A stretch of DNA of 64,000 nt from the human T2T-CHM13v2.0 reference genome, Homo sapiens. The notes under the pieces were generated by a model. It had not been told where the DNA came from. It did not search any database and saw nothing but the letters and a program-made list of their open reading frames with translations. The DNA lies in NCBI RefSeq assembly GCF_009914755.1, contig NC_060927.1. The stretch is one strand, 5' to 3'. Of this stretch, positions 28,918 through 48,079 are shown piece after piece (position 1 is the stretch's first letter; each line of letters begins with the position of its first letter). Made by a program: the position numbers and the translations under genes.

Positions 28918-31900
28918 CCACCCAAAAACACACACAAATTCAAAAACATGGTAAAACCAATCGCAGATGAGTCAAGATAGTGACAGCCTCAGTGGAAGCA
29001 AGCATGGTAGTGAGTGGAAGATGGCATCAGAGTGTCATGTTCTACCTCTTATTCTAGATGCTGGTTCCTTAGGCATGATGACTTTGGGAAAATTCATCAA
29101 GATGTACAACTTGGATTTACAAGTATACAAATCCTATAGCATGTTATGCTTCTACAGAAAATTGACATAAAACAACCATTCTCTCCCTTTCAGTTTGCTA
29201 ACTAGACCAAGAAGAAAAGATACACTGAGAAAGAGGGTGGGCACTCTGAAAACACTGAGAAGTTTGACTTTACAAACTATTGAGCTACTGACAGTCTTGT
29301 TAAAACCTCTTAGCGTGCCTTTCCCTCACGGCATCAATTTATATAGCAATTCACTACATTAATTCTTGTAATGAAAGTGTGAGGAGATCTGTAGTCAATC
29401 ATAATTGTGCCCTGCAAATTCCAGAAAATGTTTGCTGGGATGTAAGCCTCTGATGGCTGGCTCAGCAAGTGATTTAGAGCAATGTGGTGAACTTTCATAA
29501 TAACAGCTCATTAACAATTGCGTTTAAAATGTAAACAATTGATATGTTTTTAGAAACACCAGTACTGATTAGGTTTATTTCACTTTACAGGAAGTCAGAA
29601 GATAATATGCTAAGCAGATTTTCCTTTCTTCCCTCTCAACGATAAATTCAATAATAGTTAGGTTAGACCTAGTTTTGTTTTCAGTTTCCATGAATGAGAA
29701 ATGTGAAGACCATGGGGGTTCCAACTCAGTCTCTCTTCTCCAGTTTTGTGTTTAGGAAGCACAGACTTGAAATGTATTTTGCATGTCTTCCAAGACTAAA
29801 TACCGAGGTTATGTTTGTGCAGCTGTCTGAATAAAACTGATGCTACCTCAAAAAATAAGTTGATTCAGTCACAAAAAAGTACCAAGCAAAGTATTAATTG
29901 ATTTAATTGCCCTGCTTTTATTTAAAGCTAGACAAGAACTATGGGGGAGGGACCTTATCAATGATGTTAACAGATATATATGTATATGCCCAGCACCTAG
30001 CCAAATTATAGAAAGAGCATGGGAACTGCTTAATGATTTGCTTTACCAGTCAATCTTTATGTGGAGTGGGGCATAGTTAATGATAGTAATCATTTTAGGC
30101 CTGAGTTCCTTTAAATTATCAATTTAATATTTTTATTAAATATATGCATTTCAAGTACATTTATCTCCGTTGCTTTTTCGACTAAAAAATAAAGACAAGG
30201 AATTCAAATGTTTGGATTATTTTCCCTCACTCATACCAAATACAAGGAAAGTAAACATAATGAAGTTAAAGTAATATTCTTAGCTTGACAAATCACATAT
30301 TGGGGACATGAGAAGCCTAAATTATCTGAAGTCAATTAATTGTTCTTTGTCAACGGAAAGAAGAATTTAGCTCCCAAACTGGATAAAATCCCAGCCAAGT
30401 AATGACCAATAATGGCAATAATAGTAACATTATATTTTTCCTGTCTCTTGATTATCAACAATCAAGAGGCTATAGCAAATAAATATACAAATATATACTG
30501 TGAAAACATCAATATTTGTATCTACAAGAAGGATGAAAAATTAACTTTGTGTAGTAATATCCCTCCACTGTATTTAGGAAAAGACAATACAACAGACCTC
30601 TAAGAATGGGTGTTCCTTCTGGTACTTGAAGGAAGCACACAAACAAATATATTATGGAACTGGTGGGGAAAAAAACAGTCATCCAGAATCACAGGGCTGA
30701 AGAGAGCCCAGGATGTCACCTGGCCTGTCATGTCCAGAATACTAACAAGTTTCATTTAATTCCAGCATCACAGGCTGCTCTGATATTCCCTGGGTTCCCT
30801 CTCCTGGCTCTGCCTAAAGACAGACCCAAAGACCAAAAAAATCTACCATGTAGTCCAAGTCGTCTAATGCTAGCAAGCCCCTGAATCTTGCCACATAGGG
30901 CCCACTTATAATTGCAGTAACATGTCTCTTTCCTAGCCTAATTACTATTCTTGGAGAAAAATCTCTCTTTGTTTTGACAATTTTTCCTATCCCTTAGAAA
31001 AAATGGTTCAGGAATAGATTCTAGTATTATTTTTCATACATGAAATAAATATTCTATTTATTCTATTACATTTCTGTTCTATAAGTGTATGGTTAGATGA
31101 CTGTTACTATTCTTTCTGGCTACTGGACATACCAAGTCTGGTTTAAATACTCTAACCAGAATTAGTCCATGCCAACATAAGCATTTAATGAGAAAGGATC
31201 CTGGGGCTACATGCTCCATAGTCATGTGAAATCGGATACTCTGAAGGGGAAATAACTTTCTCTGAAGTGTAACCATTAACTGAAAGAGAAAGCTTGGTGT
31301 GGTATGAGTCATGGGTAACATGGGTGAATCACAGTCCTGATGGGCAGGTGGCCATCTCTGAAGAGGATTTCAGAAATGCTCTCCCCACCTTGATCAATTA
31401 AATTCTCTTATTAGGATAGAAAACATTGTATTCCACGGTTAAAGTATGAAATGCCTACATAACCAGATAAAATGACACAACTGTTCCAAAAGTTCAGTTA
31501 TTTACATACTCCTTTCATGATTTGTATAATATCTATGAGCCAGTGTTCTATATTAATACAACATTTCTCTTTAAATCAACTCAATTCTGCCAGTCTAAAT
31601 TACCTTTTTGAAGAAGACAATTTTATATCCCCACTGTAAATATCCAATGTCACTGGTATACATATTGTATATAGCCAATATCACTTGCCATAAATAGAAG
31701 GAAACTGAAAAGATTTCATGTGACTAACCAAAAATGTATTCATTCATCTCATCTCATGTACCACATGGAATACTGTAACAAACTGGTTTAAATTCATACT
31801 AGAGAGTAAATGAATGATAGAATTCTCAACACCCCTCCATCCTGTCCTATTAATGAGATTAAAGGTTGAGGGACCACCAAAAGAGGTAGGCAGGGCCCTG

Positions 31901-34900
31901 AGAACCTGAAGGAGCATGTATTCAGGATAGGGGGTATGGGGGGTGGGGTTGGATGTCACAAGCTATGAGAAGTAAGGGTACAAAAGAGCAGACAGTAGCC
32001 CACTTCATGATTATTTATATCTGGGGCTGTCCCTGAATGTGTCATAGAGGAAGTCCTCTGTACTGTTTGATTTGAAGGCCCTTCTACTTCTATGCACCAT
32101 CTCTTTTAGACATCCACATCTGAGCTCACAAATTATCCATCACAAAGAAATCACATGCTGTTAATAGGTCTCTTCATTGTGGCTGACAGTGCAAAACAAA
32201 TGCCAGTCCCTGTGCTGAGATACAGATTTCTGGAATACTAACTGGGATTCCCAATGTGGGGAGACACAGTAGTAGAGGTCACTCCAAGGACTCCTGGAAC
32301 ATGCTCCTGAATTCTGTTGCTTCTTGCCATACTTGCCACAGAGTGCCGTTATGTTCTAGCTCTCTCTGGGTATCCTTCTCTCCAATCAGATTCTCAATTC
32401 TCTCATCATCTTTCTATTGCTCTTAATACCTAGCTCTCAGCAAAACAAGTGCCCAATTTATAGAAAAAGCGAGTAAGTGACTCTGAATGAATCAACCACA
32501 AGTGAATGAATGAATGAAAACAGATCAGCTTTGCAGAAAGAAGCACCTGCTTACCTAAGGTATATCCCCAAATTATCCCAACCTCATCTAAAGTTATCAG
32601 GGAACACAGCACAAATTCATTAGCATCCTGCTGCCTTTTCAGAGAAATGACAGGTTCTTCTCCCCTTGCCTGATCAAAAGATTTGCTGCACTCTCTCTCT
32701 TAAAATGCCTCCTTGTTACAAACTGTGCAATCTTGGTCAACTTACCTAACCTCTCTGAACATCTGTTCCCTTACTTGTTAAATATTGAAGAACAATATCT
32801 GCCCCATGAATTGTGATAAAGATTAAATGAGAGATTTCAAGAAAAGTGACTGTAGTATATCAAAAGCCAAAAAGCCAGCTACATTTTTGGACCAGATCAC
32901 AATGCCATGATAAATATCAATGGAATAATGGTCCACAATGTCACACCACATGCTTTCATTCTGCTGTCCTCATGACTTCCCTGTTTGCCAGCATCAGGGT
33001 TTTTCACGTTTACAAAGAAAATGGAGCAGGTTAGCAGGTCTCGGTGGCATTAATGGGCAAAGCATCATGGGCAACTGTTGTTCATAAATGCTCCTTCTCA
33101 AATGTATCCTGGGTTGGTGATGACCACAATTCATTTCCATTTTGAAGCGCCCTCCATTTTTTACTTCTTTCTCAGTCTGAATCTCCTATACTTGTAATAC
33201 TGACGGAGCTTCGCTAGTTTCTAAATCAGAAAGATGAGCACGTGCAGCCACAGGAAGAGAAATCTGGGACCTGATGCCTATAATATTTTTCAGACAGAGA
33301 ATATTCCCCCAGTGTCTCTACCCAGGAGATAGTAAACTACTCTGACATTTCAGCTGTTGCCCCTCCAAGCAGATTCACACACCTCTCGGCTAACATCCCC
33401 TTTGGGCAGGCATCTACTCATGTTTACAGTTATTCATTATGACTGGCTATACACAGACAGTGCCTCTGGTGTCAAACTGAATGGCCCCTTAGACCCCCAT
33501 TCCAAGACAGCCAGAGGATACAGACATATATTAAATAAGACACAGGCAGGAAAACTGCACTGACTTCCTTGAGATGGGGAGGCTGAAGCCAACCAAAGCT
33601 GACCTGCTAGAGAGTCCTCCAGAGCTCCAGTGTGGGATGACTCACAGCAAGGAGCACGGGATCAAAATTTTTGAGGTGCTTCAGGGTCAGAAAGTTTTCC
33701 AGAACAGCTTCTGCGGATGTCTGTGAACAAATATGCCAGCAAGGAAAAAGACCAACTATTTTGCAGGGGAATCATCTTGAACCAGAAGGGCCAGCATGCA
33801 TTCTAAGTGCCAGGGCAAGTTCCCAACCCTCTGAGCTAGCTCACATCTATTGTGATTCCACACATCTCTCCATGGAATAATCTGTCCAAGAACACACAAG
33901 CAGAGAAGTGCCCTTCTCCATCTACAAGCATCTAAATGTAGAGTCATGAGAGAAGGTGAGAGGCAGTGACTTCAAGAGGTGGCCTCTAGACCTCAGAATC
34001 CACTCTAATGAACACGCTGTGTTTAAACAAGGGATCTCACATTTTCTCAAAAGGCAGTTAGACACATTCACATACTTAGGAGTGAATCTAAGAACTCTAG
34101 AAAGAACGGCACATTTCCCTACTGACACAGTTGTATTGAAAAATCAATCTGTGGCTCTAAGGGAAATGAGAAAACACAACTGGTGATTTCTAGCACGGCA
34201 TCCAATCTTCACTTTTGTGATCCCTCAATTCTCAGTTCAAGTATAAATAGACTTTTTCCCCCCCACGAAGTAGGAAAAGGATTAAGTAGGCAGGACATTT
34301 TCTAAGTTCTGTGTAGCATATGTTCATAAGCTTTCCTTTTGTAGCATTTATGGATTCATTCTGGAGTAGGGTTAAGCCGGAGCAAAGCAATTTGGCATGC
34401 TTGCAATTTGCTTTATCAGGAGAAGCAAGCACAGACTGCAGAGGCCACCTCGACCTGAGCAGCAAAGAAGCTTCCCAGAACCCTGAGGGAGACACTGATT
34501 ATTTTCCTTACAGGGATGCTCAAGCTGAGCCAACCTCCTTGCAAAATAGTCAATGAGCTTCATTCAGATTATCCTCAGGAAAGCAGTGGCCAAGCAGACA
34601 CAAGTGATCATCATCATACGAACTTAATTTCTGACCAAATTCCACAATCACACTGCTCTTCCTGAAGTCAGTCAGGCAGTATCTATACTGCTACACAAAC
34701 CTCAGGGTCAGCATTCCAATCCATCCCAGCCTAAGGATCCCATTCAGCAGCAGAGGTGCTTTTCAAATCTGTACATCCACTTCGGTACTTTCTATCCACA
34801 TGAGAGAACACACTGCAGCAGGAGATGAGGATGCAGTAGGATAATTCTTAATGTTCACAATATAATGTTGAATGGAAAAAGCAGTATGTGCCATTTTCTT

Positions 34901-36509
34901 AAAATACATGCCCACATAAAGAACTAACTGGGAAAAAAACACCCAGAAATGTCACTTGGAGTCATCTCTGGGCTGTAGGATTATACACAATTTCTATTTT
35001 CTTCTCTTAGCTGAACTGGTTTCCAAATATTCTAAAATGCAAATGCATTACTTTTATAATAGTAATAAAGTAATTCTAAAGTGATTTAAATATATAGACT
35101 GTGATTCTCAAAATGCAGGAGTTAAAGAAAAAAATAAAGACATAGACTGAACCTTACAAAAAAGATTTTTATCCACAAAACAAAGAAGCATTTTCATTAA
35201 AACAATATAATTAACCTGCACCATTAGGAAAGAACTACATCATATTTCACATTCAATTTTGTTATTATCACCATCACTACTTCTTAAGCATCTGCTGTAC
35301 ACAATGCCCTGTAGCGGGTATAAGTACTCAAAAATAAACCAGGTGGTAACTAAGTTATTTACATCACTGGGACTCTTCCAGTGTTATTAAAGTTGAAGAA
35401 CTTGAAAAGCAGCATTTATTAATAACAGGGGCATTAATCCAGCTGCCTGCCCTGTACTCCACTTACCCAGAGAGTCTCTCCCAGTCCTGCCAAGCAAGAT
35501 TAAGTAGAATTAAGACGGCAGCTAACCAGGTAGACCTTGTGCCCTGGGCCACAGGTGACTCTGGCAAGGGTGGGCGCCTGACCTACATCAAACCATTCAG
35601 ATTCTTTCCCCCAGGAAGGAGGAATACAGTTAGTCTCTATCATCCCCTTGAATGAGGCACAGGGAGTTGCACGGGTAGCCATAGCTGGCTGGATATGCAA
35701 AGAAGCCAGTCTGCAGACAGAAGAGGTGAGAGGCTATGAGGATCCTGAGACAGTCTCCTGCTCTTTAGGATGGGATGCTGAGAGATATGTTTGTCCATTT
35801 ACCCATCCCACTCTGGTTAGTTTTTGAGGGTCAACCACTTCCTGGCCTAAGGCTTCAGGAAGCTCACCATCTAACCTTTTGTCAAATGAGTAAGCTATCC
35901 TGTGGCCTTGTAGAAGCCTCACCTTTCATCGTTTTTGTCACTGTTTCTTTTGTATTGGTTCTTGAAAACAAATTATCTCTAAGACATAGTTGCAAGATTC
36001 AGAACTCTGAACTCTCTTCACCCACTCCTTACAAGCTGAATCCCTCCTCCTGTCCTTCTTTTCAGATCTTAACTTAAACGTCATTAACTCTGACCGCTCC
36101 AAATGAGGAGGCCTGCTATGTTTTGCCTCTTGATGTTTCCTAAATAAGATTTACATAACTTTTAATTGTATATGCTTTGTTGGTTTACTAGTTCTGATCT
36201 GTCTCCTTCCCTAGGGCATAAAATAATCTGCCCGACCCATGTTCCTTGTACCTCACACAGCACATTCCTAGCATATTACAGAAGATCAATAGTATTGAAT
36301 GCATCAGTCAGTCATGTAGGTGAGTGCATATTCATTCACTCAATATACAAATAATGATTGAGCACTTGAAATCTGCAAGGCTTAGTCCTTTCTTGATAAG
36401 GAACTAAGGAACTAATGATTCAAAAAGGAGATTAGGTACATATGCAAAGACAAGAACATAGACACAGCAGACACTGCTGAGGGCCTGTCACACAGAAATT
36501 TCCCTCTTT

Positions 36510-40287
<3,778 letters not shown>

Positions 40288-40322
40288 AGAAATTTTCCTG
40301 TTTCACCTCACAGGTAAAGCCC

Positions 40323-40760
40323 TGTGCTGGTTAATTTTCTGTGTCAACTCAACTGGGCCATGGGGTGCCCAAACTAAATATTATTTCTGGATGTGTCTGT
40401 GAGGGTGTTTCTGGGTGAGATTAGCATTTAAACAGAAGGCCATCACCCAGTTTGTTGAACAGAAGAAAAGGAGGAGAATGGAGAAATTTGCCCTGTTTCT
40501 GCTTCACTGTGTGAGCTGGGATACATGATCTCATCTTTGCCGGCCCTCAGACTGGGATTATGCCATTGGCTCCCTTGGTTCTCAGGCCTTAGGACTTGGA
40601 CTGAATTACACCACCGGCTTTCCTGGGTCTCCAGCTTGCAGACAGCACATCATGGAACTTCTCAGCTTCCAGAATCACATAAGCCAATACCTCACAATAA
40701 GTAAATAAACCAATAAATAACCTTTTGGTTCTGTTTCTCTGAAGAATCCTGACTAGTATA
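40323..40760 (+). mobile_element. MLT2-family (ERVL) solo LTR
   Basis: TGTGCTGGTTAATTTT...GTCAACT start; ggttctgtttctctgaagaatcctgactagtata end; 5-bp TSD AGCCC. Confidence 0.88.
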
Positions 40761-42959
40761 AGCCCCAGTTTTATTAGGGTGGCCTCCCTCCATAAAGCTA
40801 TGTACTCAAGGGAAGGTGAGATTATCCCAGAAAAGAGATAAAACCCGATTAGTTTAAAACAGGGAAAGGGTTAACAGCTGCTCTGATATCCCTTTAGCTC
40901 CAAGGGCAGCTGGGCAGACCCAGAGCAGCCAGAGACCCCACACCCATGCCCTACACACACACATCAGCCACTCCAGCTGTGAGCAGCCTCTTCTGATTGC
41001 TTAACATGCCGGCCAAATTGTATTTTCTATGTGCACCATAACAAGAACAAAGTTGGGAAGCACCAATCTAAGCCACCAGGGATGAGCCCCATTCCGCGTG
41101 CCAGTGTCTGATTTAGGAAGGAGCATGGGACTGCAATCAACTAAATGAGACTTAAGGGGAAGTCAGCTCAGGGGTTACAGGAACAGTTCCTTGCTTTTAA
41201 AAAGGGACATATAAGAACAGATATTTTATTTTGCCAGTGGATGTTGCCATGTCTGCCTGTAGCTCCCAAAAAGGAACCAGCCATCTTAGAACTATGAAGG
41301 CAGCCAGTCTAAGAACTAAGTCAACACACTGAAGATGGCACAGGAAAAAGAGCAAGAAATAGACACTTTGGTAACAATGTTGAGCCACTGAATTAACAAA
41401 ACTTGAAACTGCACCCCTCCCAGGAGGTCTTATTCCCTGAGATAATTCATTTCTCTTATTCTGATGGGTTTTTATTTGGTGGATTTTCAAATGTAACTTG
41501 GTAGAGCAATTCACAAAATAATTGACAGTGCTTAGCAATCTGTCAATAGCTGAGTGCTCAAAATCCTCTCCCTGCTACACAGTGACAACCATCAAAGGCA
41601 CCCTGGTGGGTCCCCAGTTGCTTGGCAAAAGTGGATTGCAGTTAGATTCCAGACATTTGGAGCCAGGATTCTATAATGCCTTCCCATCAATCATGACATC
41701 CCTGGGGCAGCAGGTAGACTTGCAGAGGGCAGGGAGCTTTTTTCTTTTAATTCCCCTATTGTTTGAACCATTTCAAGTTGACTTTTTGATTATTTGCAGC
41801 CAAAGGCATCTTCGGTGATAAATCCATCTTCACATAATTAGCAGCAAATTTATGTGGCCTCCTTTGAGCAAAGACTCAGGAGAAAATGATGCAGAGATTC
41901 ATAATTCCACCCACATTCCCCAAAATCTTTAGATGATGGGTCTTCAGTGAATTCTCTCTACAAAAAAAAAGACAACTGAGATGCCAGAAAAAGGATTAAT
42001 CATGTGATCATCTGACACTTATCATGGGAGTCATAAAGTACCACACAAATGGTGAGGCATCACCTTGTCTCAGTGTTGAATTAGGGGCAGCATAATTTTA
42101 AAATATCAATTTGTACTCTTTGTTATCCCTCCTGTGTATACTGTTCCCTTTCGCATCTCAAAAACTTCAAGACTTTGCCTTCTTCCCTTTGTCTCCCAGA
42201 CATATTCAAACGCAAAAGATGCTAAAAGACAACCACCAATCCCCTAAATCCAGTCTCCATTAAAGACTTTTCTTTTTCAAAAAAGCCTAAATTCATTGAA
42301 GGGAATGTGTTACATCCCAGCAGAAAGGTCCAAAATAAAGACAATTTGGGTTGTTTTGTTTTGCTTAAAAGTGTTGTTCTTTGATCTGTTTAGGTGGGCA
42401 CTTGGAGTACAGTAAGGATTGGGCTTTCCTGGTATTGGAGAGAAGCTGGAGCAGTTCCTTAAAGTAGTGGACGCTGGCACCCTGCTTCCTGGCAGAACTC
42501 TAGAGAGGTGACAGGACTTTTGATCGGGATAGTGATGGGATACTGGGAAAATGACTACCAAGGCCTTGAAGCCACAGCGAAAATCCCAGCCTTCTTTGCA
42601 CAGATACAACAGGACTACCCAACAATGCATGGACAAGAAGCCTCTCATGGTGACCAGAGTGGACTAAAGTTCAGGGGGCCTTTTTAAAAATGTTTTATGC
42701 TATAACAGACCTGCAGCATTTTTGCATCAATGACCTTAAGTGAGCAGACACTCCAAACACCACTTAGAACTTCCCAACATTTAGAGAAAAAAAAAGTAAC
42801 CAGTTATGCATGTATGCATGCTTGCAATTCATGCAGCATTCAAAACAATTTTTCAGAATGAAATCTTTAAATCAGAGTGCACACTCAGTTTGTATTTTTA
42901 GTTGATTTGACACATCATGAGCAACCACAGGATTCCACAATACCAGGCCAAGTTCCCAC

Positions 42960-43611
42960 TGTAGGGATGGAAAGGTGTGATACCTTTCCTCACCTCTCAC
43001 AAGAGTCACAGCCAACATTCCTATAACAAAAGACAGGTCAGCAAGAGAAAAGCATAACAAATGTATTTAATCAAAGTTTTATGTGACATAGCAGCCTTCC
43101 GAAATGAAGACCCAAAGACTAAAGGAAAATAGTTTTTATGCTTAGGTTCAGTGAAGAATGCACAGCTGTGTAGAAATGTGGTAGAACAAAAGGGGTGTGT
43201 TCTACTGGAAATAGAAAATAGATTGGCGGTGGTGGGGGTGGTGGTGGGGATCAGCAAGGCCTGACTATTCAGATTCTTATTGGCCTCTCTGTGTAACGTT
43301 CTTTCTTCCCAGTATGGAGCAGGGCCTCTATGGAATGAGGATCTTCAAAGGAGAAGGAAGAGAGTGACTTTTCTAGGTTTAATGGCTTGCTGTGGGGAAG
43401 AGACATTCTAGTTTCTATGACCCACCTTAGGGAAGAGGAATTCTGGTTTATACGACTTGCTTAAGGGGAGGAAGAGAAGTAGGAGACAGTATTATGGGAG
43501 ACTGCCACAAAGACCTTGGTTCTGAGGGCTTTCCAATGTATTTCCTTCAGTTCAAAGTACTCAGGATGCTAAGGTACCATACTTTGGGGGATTGGGTTCT
43601 AAGACCCGACA
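42960..43611 (-). mobile_element. Solo LTR, MER39/MER34 group (ERV1)
   Basis: TG...CA ends; 4-bp TSD CCAC (42956-42959, 43612-43615); related to the LTR at 12627-13139 in the opposite orientation. Confidence 0.8.
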
Positions 43612-44609
43612 CCACTAGTTATTTAATATTTTCCTTCCTGCAAATCCTGCTACCTTAAAAAAAAGGAAAACTAACTGTACAACAGGTAGTTCTGTAGCTA
43701 ATGAGCATTATTAAATATTTTCAAAACATTCCAATAAAAGGCAATACCAAACGGCTTTTATCCTAATACTTTCTAAATAACGCCACATTCATTTATGAGG
43801 AATTGCATTTCCCTCAATGTTCTGGGCATTAATGAAGATTGAATATAAATAAAAGAATTGCCTTATATGTATAGCACTTTAAAGAGTTGAGATTCCCAAA
43901 TAATACAAAAGCATTTTCAAGTCACACATGGTATGTAAAGTGAAAATGTTCTTGAAGGAAATATCCTCTAATAATACTTACCTACTTCAGAGGGTGATGG
44001 GAAGCTCTATTAACACCAAAAGAACACTTTTAGATCTTCAAATAAAAGCACTATACAAATGCAAAGTATTATTATTATAGTTCTGAAATAATTTCACACC
44101 TAGGGATGAGAAAACCCCAGGCCAAATTTTATTGCTTCTCTCATACGTGATAAACAAGAAATGCCATAAGCAAGGGGCGAGGGGGGTGGTTAGTGGGGGG
44201 TGTGATAGTGGGGGAAGTGGAAATCAAACAGAACAAAGACTTCAAAGTTTCTCTTTCACTAGGACTTTGTATTTGCCCAGATGTCATTTAGGGAACTCTC
44301 AGGGAAGAAAGAAAAAAAAAAGTCCCTTAAAGGTCAGAGTTAAGTACAGGGACAAAGTTCTCATTGCTTTTGTACCAGATAAAGCAACAACCGGCTGAGC
44401 TGAAAAAAAATAAGCTTGTCTACTTCTATGGGACATAATTTCTCCCAAAGCACTTCTCAAAAAAAAAGAAAAAAAAATGGCCAGATGAATTATTACTGAA
44501 TCACCCACTAGTGTGATGATCTCACCTATGAAGTCAAAAGGTAGCTGCTTTAACAGACACCAGGATTTCTAGTCAATTACTGAGAGCACTGAGCAAGACA
44601 TGTTATTGC

Positions 44610-44695
44610 TGATGGTAGTGGTGGTGATGATGATGAAGATGATAATGATGTTGATGATCATGATTGTGATGATGGTAATTACGGTAATGATAGGA
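44610..44695. repeat. Degenerate (GAT/GGT)n trinucleotide repeat
   Basis: gatggtagtggtggtgatgatgatgaagatgataatgatg... Confidence 0.8.
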
Positions 44696-44702
44696 TATGG
44701 AA

Positions 44703-45040
44703 CAGAAGTTCTCAAACCTGCTGATCAATGGAATCACCCCTAGAGCTTTTTACAATACAGATTTTTGGTTCTCCACCTCAGCCCCACTGATTTTGAATCT
44801 CTGAAGATAGAACTCAGAAATTTTTTTTAAGTAGCCATCAGGATAACTGAAGTGACAGTATTTGTAAGTAATATAATGATTAAGAATGCAGGCTCTGTGA
44901 ACAGACTGGCTGGTGTCTTCTCCCAGTTCTAACACTTACTAGCTATGTGACCTTGGAAAAAATACTTAGCCTTAAGTCTCAATTTCTACAACTATAAAAT
45001 GGAAATACTAATATGACCCACCTATGAAATTGACATGCTA
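44703..45040. mobile_element. MER5A followed by MIR
   Basis: cagaagttctcaaacc...gaatcaccc; then cacttactagctatgtgaccttgg...tataaaatgg. Confidence 0.65.
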
Positions 45041-46339
45041 TTACTACCTACCTTATAAGGTAGATGCCTAAAGTAGGCAAATTTTTTTAAAAGCACATAT
45101 TAATTCCAAGAAAGACAAAAAATTTTATATTAAAGAAAACATAACAAATACCATTCGGCTTAGCAACAGAAAAAAATTACGTAATCATGATAATGTAAAT
45201 ATTACCTGTTGATTTAAATAAAAATTGTAATATAACTATGTCAGGAGGCTGTGGGGACCAGAAGTGGTAAGAGTGGAAAGGATCAGAGAGCTATTGCTAA
45301 AATTGATAAATTAGGAAAAAATAATATAAGTACATTATTTAGAAAGAGAGAGGTGAACACCAGAAATATCAGAATAGAAAGTTGCTAATTCTGGGAAGCA
45401 ATCCAGAGAGAGGTAGAAAGAAGGCATAGATGTTGCAGTTTTTAAATATTTGCTATTTAATGCTGTTTTATTTAAACAATGTAGATACACTGCTTTGATA
45501 AAAATAAAAATAAAATGTAAAAGGTAATTTGTAATGCATATAAGTACAATATGGTATTTCTTTATACACTGAGGCTACTATAAAGCTTTTCAATTTACCA
45601 AAACTTGCTTTTAAAAAAAAAAGATATAATATCTCCAACTATGCAATCAAAATGTCCATTTCTTAAAAGTGTACAATAAAGACTTACTTTTTACCTGGCA
45701 CACTCTAAATCCTAAAAAGATATTTGCTGAATTGGGCTGAGGATGGTGGAAAAATATATAAAGAACAAAGTTCCTTTGTACAATCAAGGTCACAGCAGGA
45801 AGGAGATGACATCTTCACCTGGGGTGAAGGCAGGGTTAAGGGAAGACCACTAAGGGATGGTCTAGTGTGCTGGACTTAGCAAAAATTCCATTAACACTCC
45901 AGACTCAAAGGGGAAAAGGGAAGAGGCAGTTACCAGACAGTAGAAAAAGCTGTAGCCGCTGAAGAGAGGCCCCCAACCGGAACTGTGGCCTTCCTTAGAG
46001 GGATACAGCCATTGCCAACCCACAATGCTGCAGGGAAGAAAGTAGGGAAGAATATTTCAACCTCGTGTTCCCAGGTCTTCATCCAGTTCCTTCCCCTGGC
46101 TAATACAACAGAAAGCCAGCAAACAAGGGAGCCCAGAGAATGCCTGCGATAGAGGTTAGGCCCATGGTGCAGAGCCATTTAGAAGAGAGAGGAGCTGGAA
46201 GCACAAATGTGAATACCCAGCACAAGCACTATACAAGGTGGTTGTTGCTGTTGTCGTTGTTGTTGTTGTTTAATCTGTCTCTTTTTCCTACTCAGCCTCC
46301 TAAAACAAGCCCCTCAAATTTTCATCTGTTTAAGAAATA

Positions 46340-46610
46340 TTCATGGCATGATAGTAATAAACTGATGTTATGCATTTGTTAAAATTTACTAAGCACTTTC
46401 ATATATATTGTCTTCATGTGATCCTCAAAACAGCCCTGTGCAATAAATAGGGCAAAAGTTATCCTCATTTTACAGGTGAGGAACCTCAGATCTTAAAGAA
46501 AGTTAGGAATCTTGCACAGAGTCACAAAGCTAGCAAATGGCAGAGCCAAAACTAGAAGGAATGTTTCCTAATACCCCAGCTAAGGCTCTTCCTTCCATAT
46601 AATACTGTCA
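46340..46610 (-). mobile_element. MIR
   Basis: ctcattttacaggtgaggaacctcaga...cttgcacagagtcacaaagctagcaaatggcagagc. Confidence 0.75.
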
Positions 46611-48054
46611 TGCTATTTATTCACAGTAGGAGTGCAAAATTGATATACCTGTTAAAAAAAAATTAACAAGTTTTGTTCTAGGCACTGCACAGAGCACAGA
46701 AGTAGTCAACAAATAAGACACAAGGGGAAATAGAGAAAACTTGCCCATTCCATTCTCATTCTACATTCCACAAGCAATGCCAGAACTGGAAGTAATTGAG
46801 TTTTCAATCACATTTTACACATCATTGAAAAGAAGGTGCTCAGTAGGGTAAGAACAGTGTTCAAATGAGAAATAAAAATTCAGGGAAAAGTAGACAAATG
46901 TCTAAAGAATATACCTGTTGTGTTTGGGGTTGCTGGGGGTAAACCGAAGAAAATCTCAGTCCCTTAACAATCCCCATGACACAAAGAGACCAGGGCCCCA
47001 GAAATTGGGAGGGATGACTTCTCCGCTTCTCTTCTCATTTCCAGCTCTACGCCCACATACATACACCTTCTTTGAGAGCTAAGAGAAGCAGCCAAGAGTG
47101 ACTTTTCTGTACCAAACACAGGAGTACTGGGAAGTTCAGCAAAATAACCCATTTTTGAGAGTCTAATAAAGAACTCTGTACTTTTTGTAATCTACTGCAA
47201 AACACTGAGCTACTTACACATGATGAAAGAAAGTAATGAGTGGCATTTTAATTGTAAACCTCCAAACATACCATATTTATTCCAGATCTAGCTCACTAAT
47301 GAATAGACTATACTATCAATGAGGGTTCTGTAGTTGCAAGCAGAAGAAACAAATTGGCTAATTTAAGAATTATTGGAAGGATACTGGAGTCTCAGCCAAT
47401 CCATGGCAGAATGGAAAATAAGGTTTGGAGGCCATGACTACTAGCCAAGACAGACATGGAGGCAACAGTGGTCTCATAGTACATGTTGGCAGATCAGAAT
47501 GCCCACCTAGGACAAGGGAGAATCCTTCAGCTAAAGAATCAAATTCCAAAGAAGGAGCATTTACTTAGCCAAGCTTGTGGTCATACACCCATCCATAGGC
47601 AGGGTGCAGGCCCCTGAGTAGGGCCCCTGGTTACAGTTCCACTAGCCTAATTACCTCAAAAAGAAATAAAGATGCTGTTAGGAAGGAAAAACATACACGA
47701 CAGAAAAAAAAAATTGGTGGGGGGGTTCCCTCTATACTACCAAGGCTTTCTTTAAAAATTCTTGAAGAAGCTAACTAGCAGTAGACTCTTAATTTCTCAA
47801 GACTATTAACTAGTAATTGATGACAACCAAGGAAGGTAGTTTTCCTAATACCTACAAAACTTCAGCCTAATAACTTTTCACTTCCAGAGGCCTCACTTCC
47901 TGTATTACCTGAAAGTTACCTTTTCATTTGATTCCTAAGGACCAAGCAGAATTTTCCCTTCTTTGGTAGCAACATGCTTATTTTAGAAATATTATCCTGA
48001 AGCTTCTAAAAAGAATAGACTTATAAAAATGTATAATGAATAAATTCATAAAGA

Positions 48055-48079
48055 TGCTGTTGCTGCTGCTGCCGCCGCC

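Noticed and set aside
35500-35900. Possible old ERVL/MaLR LTR fragments (also ~41050-41500, 45760-46230, 47320-47700)
   Set aside because: Too degraded to name or bound by eye.
45048-45063. Perfect 16-bp palindrome CTACCTTATAAGGTAG
   Set aside because: About one is expected by chance in 64 kb; no supporting context.
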